64,000 nt of DNA from Flaccisagitta enflata (Eukaryota), in the NCBI GenBank assembly GCA_965153355.1, contig OZ231126.1, positions 18,414,001 through 18,478,000 of the forward strand. The letters are read 5' to 3'. Positions 55,469-64,000 of the stretch are shown in pieces. Under the pieces are notes generated by a model. That model was not told where the DNA came from. It was given only the letters and a program-made list of their open reading frames with translations, and made no database searches. Each line of letters starts with the position of its first letter. Position 1 is the stretch's first letter. A program made the position numbers and the translations under genes.

Positions 55469-56279
55469 GTGACAGACCAACGGACCACCGGACCAGCAGA
55501 CCAACGGACCAACAAAGGGACAAAGCCTGCAAACATAGAAAAATCGGTGACGCCTGGAAACTTCATCGAATTTCAGATCGAATGGCGCAAACCGCATTGT
55601 TCTAAGTTTGTCCGTTTAGAAATGACATGCAAAACAAAGTTACTACTTCAAGTGCAAAATGGCGAAAAAATTGCATTTTAGAATTTAGTAGATTATGGAA
55701 GACACCGATTGAGGGAGAGTGATACTCTGGCGCACCACGCCCTGAAAACGAAGCATTCACTATAGCGTCAAGATGTTTCCAGGTTGGCCTGGAAACAGTC
55801 CAGACCTCAAAAGTAAAGAATTCTTGTAGTTGATAGCAAAGTTGAATTATGAATCACGCCATGTCGAAGGCAAAGGCTAAAGTATCGCTCACTAGATGTG
55901 GAACTTACACCCATCATAGCTAGTTACTTCAAAAAGCATACCAAGGCACATGAAAGCTTAAGATGATACCTAGGAAGGTCTAACAAAGTGAAAGTCGTAA
56001 TTTACAAATGTTATATGCATTAATTGATAAAAAGTTAAACTGTATTGTATCTTGTCGATATACTTTTTAGTCGCATGCTACGCGACTCTACAACCCGCTT
56101 TGTCGGTCCGTCCGTTGGTCCGTCGGTCCCTCCGTCCATCCGTCACACTTTACTTTATTTGGGTTTTTGCGGTTTTTGGCCTCACTGCTCCTGCCCAAAT
56201 GATGGAGTGACCTCAATTATGGCCCCTGCCCACCCGCATGCGACTGGGGTAGCATGTCAGCCTTATTGCTTAAGATATT

Positions 56280-57466
56280 AGCTGCTCATCTGTGAAGGTC
56301 TTTGATATTCTAGCTCATTTAGCTTATTTAGCTCAATCTTTTTCTGCTGATCTTAAACAAGATAAATAAAGATATGATTTGACTCATTTCTGAGCATGCA
56401 AATACAAGAAAGCATGTCCGGGAGCATAGCTGGTCATCTGTGTGAGCTCATCTAGCTCATTTGGCTCAGGCCTTTTTTTCTTGCAGAATTCTCTACGACA
56501 AATACTTTTCCAGTTATGAGTTTTTTAAAGATTTATTTACAAAAAATTCAAAATGATTTTTTTCCATTTTTTTATGTAGGATTGTAGGATTGTAGGATTG
56601 TAGGATTGTAGGATTGTAGGATTGTAGGATTGTAGGATCAATAAAGGAGTGTATCAATGTTTGTTTGAGCATGCAATTACAAAAAAAACGTGTTTATGAG
56701 CATAGCTGCTCATCTCTGAGGGTGTTTTTAAGTAATCTAGCTCATTTAGCTCATTTAGCTCAGTCTTTTTTTCTGATTTTAAACATGATGAATAAAGATA
56801 TGATTTGATTCATTTCTGAGCATGCAAATACAAGAAAGCATGCCCTTGAGCATAGCTGGTCATCTGTGTGAGTGAATTTGAGTATTTTAGCTCATTTTGC
56901 TCATTTGGCTCAGGCCTATTTCTCTCTTAGAATTTTCAACGACATATATTTTTCAAGTTCTGATTTTTAAAAAGATTTACTAACAAAAAATTCACATCGA
57001 TTTTTTTTTTCGATTTTTTATGATTTTATGTAGGATCAATAAAGCAGTGTATCTATGTTTGTTTGAGCATACAAATACAAGAAAACATGTTTATGAGCAG
57101 CTGCTCATCTGTGAGGGTGTTTTTAGAAATTCTAGCTCATTTAGCTCATTTAGCTCAGTCTTTTTTTTTCTGATTTTAACCACGATAAATAAAGATATGA
57201 TTTGATTCATTTCTGAGCATGCAAATACAAGAGAGAATGTCCATGAGCATAGCTGGTCATCTGTGTGAATGAATTTGAGTATTTTAGCTCATCTAGCTCA
57301 TTTGGCTCAGGCCTATTTTCTCTGATTTTCAATTCAATCAATACATACAATTGCACTGGATTAATTCTAACAAATAAAAAAAATTTCAGTGACTCAAGAC
57401 AAAAGCTTGGTGGAAACTTACCAATGCTTACAACTTTTTTTCTCACGGCGGTAGCCGCCATTACTG
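56280..57466. mobile_element. Repeat family with tandem tagctcatttagctc/gagcatgcaaat units and a conserved terminus
   Basis: Homologous blocks at 23725-24555, 32640-32910 and 54265-54545. Terminus motif CAGTAATGGCGGCT..CGCC....AAAAAAGTCGTAAGCATTG also seen near 16037, 25216-25258 and 27680-27725. Confidence 0.6.
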
Positions 57467-58492
57467 GTTCTTCCTCCTTTTTAATGCACTTCACGGGAGA
57501 AAGCTTTCTATTGGTGTTTCTATTAATTTTTCTGTCAGCAACATCCACCAAAATATTGTTGCCATTATCTTTTTATTAGCTTGATCATTTCTTTTTCTGA
57601 ATGATTGCGAGTCACTTCCCGTGAAGCACCCCAAAAGTCACGACTTCACCATTGCGACCAATGCGGGGGCTTGTTGAAACAAGGCATTTATGGGAAAAAA
57701 TCACTTAGAATGACCTTAAATGACTAAAAATGACTAAGAACTAGTGGCGTTCGCCATAATGTGTTCCACGATAACTTGATTGAGCTTGAATTAGAAATGC
57801 AATAACTTAAGTCCTGTAGAACGTGTAGTCTGTCGTCGTCGTTGTCGTCGTTCGTTTAAAACCTTCTCATATCTTTTGAACCAGACCTCAGAAGTTCATG
57901 AAACTTTACCAGTGGTATTTTTATGTCAATAGGAGCTTGTGTACCAATTTTCAGAAAAATTCATTAACTTTTACTACCCTTTGCCTATTATTTTTGTAGT
58001 AATATTTTACTGGACTTAGCCAATTTACATAGGTAGAGGGTAGTAAACCTATGTGAATTTTTTTTTAATTTGGTATACAAGTAAAGGGTATAAAACAAAC
58101 AACCCCTGCAGAATTCGAATTAAATCTGAGGTCTGGTTCATGAGATATTAGCTTATTTATGTAGTAATATGTTACTAGGACTTAGGCAATTAATTTCTGT
58201 TTCCTTTTGATTAATTGTATGAGTTTTATATAGGATAAATTGTTGCACAAGCCATATAGGCAAAGGGTAGTAAAGGCATGTGAATTTTTTTTAAATTTGG
58301 TATATTAGTAAAGGATGTCAATTGAACAGCCCCTGTAAAATTCAAATTAAATCTGAGGTCTGGTGTATGAGATATTAGCTTATTTATGTATGTAGTAATA
58401 TGTTACTAGGACTTAGGCAATTTATAAAATGAATTTCAGTTGATGAAAATTTTTACTTGTTCATTCATTACATTCTATTTTTCTTTGGGTTT

Positions 58493-58975
58493 GCCATCAT
58501 GGATTTCAAGGTATGCCACCATGGACTTCAAGGTATGCCGCCATGGACTTCAAGGTATGCCACCATGGACTTCAAGGTATGCCACCATGGACTTCAAGGT
58601 ATGCCACCATAGACTTCAAGGTATGCCACCATGGACTTCAAGGTATGCCACCATGGACTTCAAGGTATGCCACCATGGACTTCAAGGTATGCCACCATGG
58701 ACTTCAAGGTATGCCACCATGGACTTCAAGGTATGCCACCATGGACTTCAAGGTATGCCACCGTGGACTTCAAGGTATGCCACCGTGGACTTCAAGGTAT
58801 GCCACTGTGGACTTCAAGGTATGCCACGATGGACTTCAAGGTATGCCACGATGGACTTCAAGGTATGCCACCATGGACTTCAAGGTATGCCACCATGGAC
58901 TTCAAGGTATGCCACCATGGACTTCAAGGTATACTATCATGGACTTCAAGGTATACTATCATGGACTTAAAGGTA
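58493..58975. repeat. 22-bp tandem repeat GTATGCCACCATGGACTTCAAG (about 22 copies), followed by GAAAATTTT-type A/T tracts to about 59130
   Basis: Directly visible; it explains the three overlapping ORFs in the track. Confidence 0.95.
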
Positions 58976-59784
58976 TTTGAAAAATTTTTTGAAAATATTT
59001 TTTGAAAATTTTTTGAAAAATTTCTTTGAAAAATTTTTGAAAAAATTTTTTTGAAAATTTTTTTTGAAAATTGTTTGAAAAATTTTTTTGAAATTTTTTT
59101 TTCAAATTTTTTTTTTGAAAATTTTTTTTAGATTTTGTTATTGTTATCATTCGTTGTTGAGCTTTATCATCATCACACTATTGTTATCATTATCAAGTTT
59201 TGTCATCATTAAACAATATTTGAATATTTTTAACTTTGAAATTGTTGTCTTGTCGTGTATCTCATCGAGTTGCGTTTACGCAACGAGAAAGCTTCAAAAA
59301 TTACAGTCCCCAGTCGGGGACTGTAATTTTGAAGCTTTTTATCTATGAAATAACCCCCTAAACTTACCAAATAGGTAAAAGCATTATTACAGCAACTATT
59401 GCCACACTTTTCAGTTATTTTTTAAACAGCTTGAAGCTACAATACTAGTAGAGACATATATTCATAAAATATACAATCAAGGGCAGTTACAAATCTAGCA
59501 GTTTATTGGATTGCAATCGAAATACATGCTTTTGGTCCAATACAGGTCATGGAAATGTAACCAAAGACTTTTTGGGTCAGGAGTGCGGCCATTTTCGATA
59601 TAGTTTTGTTCCTGGACATGCATTATAGCCTTTTGACCTGAGATATGTAGCGGTAGCGGCCCAAATCTTGACCAGAGAATTTTTTTGGTGGTCTGAGCTG
59701 ATTCCCCATCCTTTAATTGGTCTTGTGACAAAAGGATCAAATAAGATCACGCTTTTTATATATTTCTGGACCCTATTAACATAG

Positions 59785-59937
59785 GCGTGGGCGACTGACG
59801 CCAAGCGGAGTACGGAGGCGGAACGACTTACCAAAAGAAACAATTTATTAGTCGATAAAATCAACGACTTAAAAAGACTCGCCGAGCTGGCAACCAAAGG
59901 AGGAAACAACTCCGTCCCAATTTCAGTCCTTACTCAG
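59785..59937 (+). CDS. Plus-strand internal exon: AWATDAKRSTEAERLTKRNNLLVDKINDLKRLAELATKGGNNSVPISVLTQ
   Basis: Acceptor taacatAG, donor CAG|GTaaat; 153 nt, phase 0 to 0, open; coiled-coil-like; GC-richer than its flanks. Confidence 0.65.
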
Positions 59938-60467
59938 GTAAATGTTATTAAATAAATTAGGTTACAATTTACAAATATGTTACCTAACCTAATTTTTTCT
60001 GAATCGAAAGTGATTACAGCTAACACCTGGCTTGGCGAAGATTGAGAGAGAAAAAAACAAGGCTATACTATACACTCCCCCCCCCCCCAGTCGCGGACGG
60101 ATGGGCAGGAGGGAATAGCGAGAGAACACTCGCATTTTATTTCTGTTACCGACCGACAGACAGATCGACAAGGATACATGGCTATCCCAGTCGCGTGTTG
60201 GTGAGCAGGGGCCATGTTTAAGGTCACTAGACCACTTGGGCAGGAGCAGTGAGGTCAAAGAATGTAAAACATAAAAAAATGTGACCGACAGACGGACCGA
60301 CATAAAGACGGATGGACAAAACGAGGTGTAGCGTCAGGGCGCGACGCGGGGCCCCGAGGGTACAAAGTCTCAGGGCCCCAAAATATCCCATAATCTCAGA
60401 GCCAAGAATTCTGTTTCCCGAGATACCATATTCTTTTATTACCTCTCTCTTAATCTTTAATTATCTC

Positions 60468-60545
<78 letters not shown>

Positions 60546-61240
60546 CCTGCCCAACTGTCAACAGCTGGGGTACTTTGTATCCAGCCTCATTTAACTTTGA
60601 CATCGCAAACTGTTACTATTTACTGAATAGTAGATTTGGTGGCACAATTCGCGGTCTTGCAGGCGGAGCATGAGTAAAATAAACCATTTTCAAAATCACA
60701 TAAATGTAACATATCTATACATCATTGTGAAGGTAATACTTTACTTTATATGAATTCACCTCTGGAATTCGTTAGCAGGGTCAAATCTTCATGCAAATTA
60801 GGTTATAATGACAACATATAAAATTTCCCTTAATTTCAAAATTTGACGATTTGATGAAGTAAGATCGACCAGTAAGAGTCTATATTGGTGTAAAGACATT
60901 GGGGCAGATGTGTTTACACTATATTGATCATTGGGCAGGAGTAGTTTTGAATGAAATTCAATGCAAAAACCAAAAAAGTTCAAAATATCAATATTTTGCA
61001 AACAGACCTAACAGCCATATACAGTAACTTTGAAGCAGCGATGGCAACACAATGCATTTTTGACCGAGTACGAGACCGCGAACCTTGCTGCATGAGCGAG
61101 TACGATTACGCTTACCATTCCACCAGTCTTTGACAGCATACGATTACGAGTATACAATGAATACAACCTATGTAGGAGTAAAGCTTGTTATTTCCTTCTT
61201 TCCTTCTCCCTTTCTTTCTATCTTTCTTTCTTTCTTTTTT

Positions 61241-61338
<98 letters not shown>

Positions 61339-64000
61339 TTTTTTTCTTTCTTTCTTTCTTTCTTTCTAATACTCTAGCTTTCTAAGTGACAAATTTGGCT
61401 AGATGTTGCCTGTTGATTGGTAGAATATGATTTTAAAAACCACAATAATCGCATTCTTTCATTGCATCTTCTTCGTCTTCTTGTTCCTCTTCTTTTTCTT
61501 CTTGTTCCTCTATTTCTTCTTCTTCTTCTTCTTCTTCTTCTTCTTCTTCTTCTTCTTCTTCTTTTTCTTTTTTTACTACTTTTTCTTCTATAAATTCTTC
61601 TTCTTCTTCTCTTTCATCACCTTTATGTCCTCCAACTTCTTCCCTTTCTTCTTTCACAAATATGGGGGATTTTCTCCTCCTTCTCCGTCCGTCCATCCAT
61701 CCCCCCAGTCTCGAGGCCCAAATCCCAGTCCCGAGACCCAAATCCCAGTCTTGTGGCCCAAATCCTATCCAAAAGGCCCAAATCCTAGCCTCAAGGCCCA
61801 AATTTTAGCCTGGAGACCCAAATCCCAGCCTTGGGGCCCAAATCTCATCCTTTAGGCTCAAATCCCAGCCGTGAGGCCCAATTCTAAGCCTGGAGGCTCA
61901 TATCCCAGCCTCACAGATGAGATTTGGGTCTCAAAGCTGGGATTTAGGCCTCCAGGCTAAGATTTGGGCCTTGAGGCTAGGATTTGGTCCTTTTGGATAG
62001 GATTTGGGCCACCAGACTGGGATTTGGGTCTTGGGACTGGGATTTGGGCCTCAAGACTGGGGGGCGGACGGGCGGATGGAGGAGGGGGAGAAAATCCGCC
62101 ATATGTGTGAAAGCATAGGTCATTGACCCCTTCGGGGCCGCTGCCCTGATTCCCCTTCAACTTCCAGCACAACCTACTTGGGCAGGGCACAGGTACCACT
62201 GACCATCTAACGCTTTTGCGACTATTCTTCTTTTTCTTCTTTTTTTTCTTTTTTTTCTTTTTTTTCTTCTTTTTCCAGATACACGGCTACCAGATTTTAG
62301 GTGACCATGTCGTAGTTTGAACAATTCAGTTTCACAAAACTTGATATACTAAGGGAATCTCAGCATTATGGGGGTGTGAACGAAATTTGTATCGCATCTT
62401 TGTGAATGCATATCACTGAACTGATCATTGAGATAAAGTGAATTTGGCTTGTTAACTGCCATATGTCTTCATCAAACGGACTAAAGAGGAACAAGGCTGG
62501 ATACACGGCTAACACCAGTTGCGGACGGGTGGGCAGGGGCGAAAATGCAAGTTTTCATACTTTTTGACTCATGTTCAATGACGGACAGACAGACGGACCA
62601 ACGGACGGACCGACGGACAATGGCTTTTTTAGAGTTGTGTGTCCGCAACTAGAAAGTTGTGAAAACAGAGAAAAGTGCTATTTTCTTGACTCCATAAAAA
62701 AAGTTAAAAAAAACGTCAAAAATATTCTGATACTTCAACATGATTTCTTTCTTGTGTTTACCAGAATCTAGACAAATAAGAATATCCATTTTTCCGAAAT
62801 GTTCCTTCATTCTTGTTACGATTTACTTCCATCAAAGTTAGAGCGACTTTTAAGCGACAGACCAAAATGAGCTAATTGAGGCCTTTTTTTTTTGCTACAT
62901 TGACCTAAGATATGTCGCCCTAGAGATTGGAAAGTGTGCCCAGAGTCATTTGTCATGTCCGGTGCGCCATGTGATGAATGAGGCTGTCAAATATATTGTC
63001 ATATCATAGGATTTAGGGCGCTTTTTTAGTCACAGAAAATCGTGTTTTAAACAGGCCACTTGGTCGCTTGATATGTTCATCTGCTTGCACCGCTCATTCC
63101 GCTACACTTGCTACGCTTGCTCGCTCCATTCACAAGCTTGCTCACTTTATTTAGAAGCTCGCTCACTCCGCTCACTTCCTCGTTGGACACTGAAATTTAC
63201 AGATATGTGTTCATGCTGAAAACGCATTCAACGCGTATTTCCCTAACACGGCCTGCTGGATTCCAAATTGTATCTGTAATTGTAACGTGAAATATTGGAT
63301 GACGCAAAATTGGCTGATATATTGATTTCTGAACGATACAGCCCCTGCCCAGCCACATTACAGCCACGGTCACCCGCTTACTGCCCCTGCTCACCTGCAT
63401 TGCTGCACCTGCCCATCCGCCAGCGACTACTTATTGGTTGTTAATGCGGCTTTGGTTATTTAAAACCGGAGTATGCAAGGGAGAAAAAACTGTCAAATAC
63501 ACCATTTTTACGGCAAATTCAAGGCATGCTCTAACAGCATGTTTTTGGCATCAGACCATACATAATGTTAATGCAATAAGATGGAATTGTTACATGAATA
63601 TGTCTGAAGCCTACCTTCTTTGTTTTTCATAATCTTAGAGCGATTGTAGCGGAATCTGAGAAAAAACATCAAAAATACCTGCAATTTTGCTGTTTTTACA
63701 GCATTTTACAGATATACTGATACTAATTTTCGACATCTTAAGATCAATTCTTTTCAAAATAGTGTCCCTAGACCAGTTTCACTAATTTTGAGTACTGATG
63801 AATCAATGCTGCAGTACATCAAAGAGAAATACGTAAAAAACAGTAAAAATGCTATTTTTACAGCATTTTTACAGCATTTTACAGCATTCTATCGGGAAAT
63901 TTTTGAGAATTTAGTATGAAGTGATAAATTAAGTATTCCCGATGCCCATCCCATTGTTGTTTTTACCTCCTGTTCTTTATTGAACGCCTAAAGCCTCCAA

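Noticed and set aside
57207-57551. ORF MVDVADRKINRN... as an exon
   Set aside because: Most of it runs through the repeat-family terminus and body; no convincing acceptor or motif.
59577-59909. Minus-strand 110-aa ORF
   Set aside because: Antisense shadow of the better-supported plus-strand exon 59785-59937.
61433-61801. Acidic poly-E ORF
   Set aside because: A (CTT)n trinucleotide tract fused to a family-2 repeat.

Overview
AT-rich, repeat-dense animal (invertebrate) genomic DNA; I see no prokaryotic operons, rRNA, tRNA or CRISPR. Almost all ORFs in the supplied track are microsatellite or minisatellite artefacts. The real coding signal is a set of short exons in very large introns. Four minus-strand exons (23604-23477, 19960-19785, 18475-18335, 15935-15754) splice in frame through GT-AG introns into the coiled-coil, pre-FHA, FHA and post-FHA part of a kinesin-3, most like KIF28/KLP-6. 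I could not recognise motor-domain exons. The intron upstream of these exons holds a tandemly triplicated phase-1/1 exon encoding R-SSFVRI-G-RR, a match to the spiralian FVRIamide (S-I-amide) neuropeptide with processing signals. Its middle copy is broken by a duplicated Gly/Asn/WG-rich ORF. The same intron holds an antisense fragment of a USP (C19) deubiquitinase catalytic C-terminus. Further orphan exons lie at 35.1 kb (-), 54.1 kb (-) and 59.8 kb (+). The rest is non-autonomous transposons (a 5.5 kb foldback element with a 9-bp TSD, hAT-, Tc1/mariner- and CACTC-ended MITEs, two DINE-1/HINE-like families) and many satellites. All family assignments are from motif recognition, without database searches.
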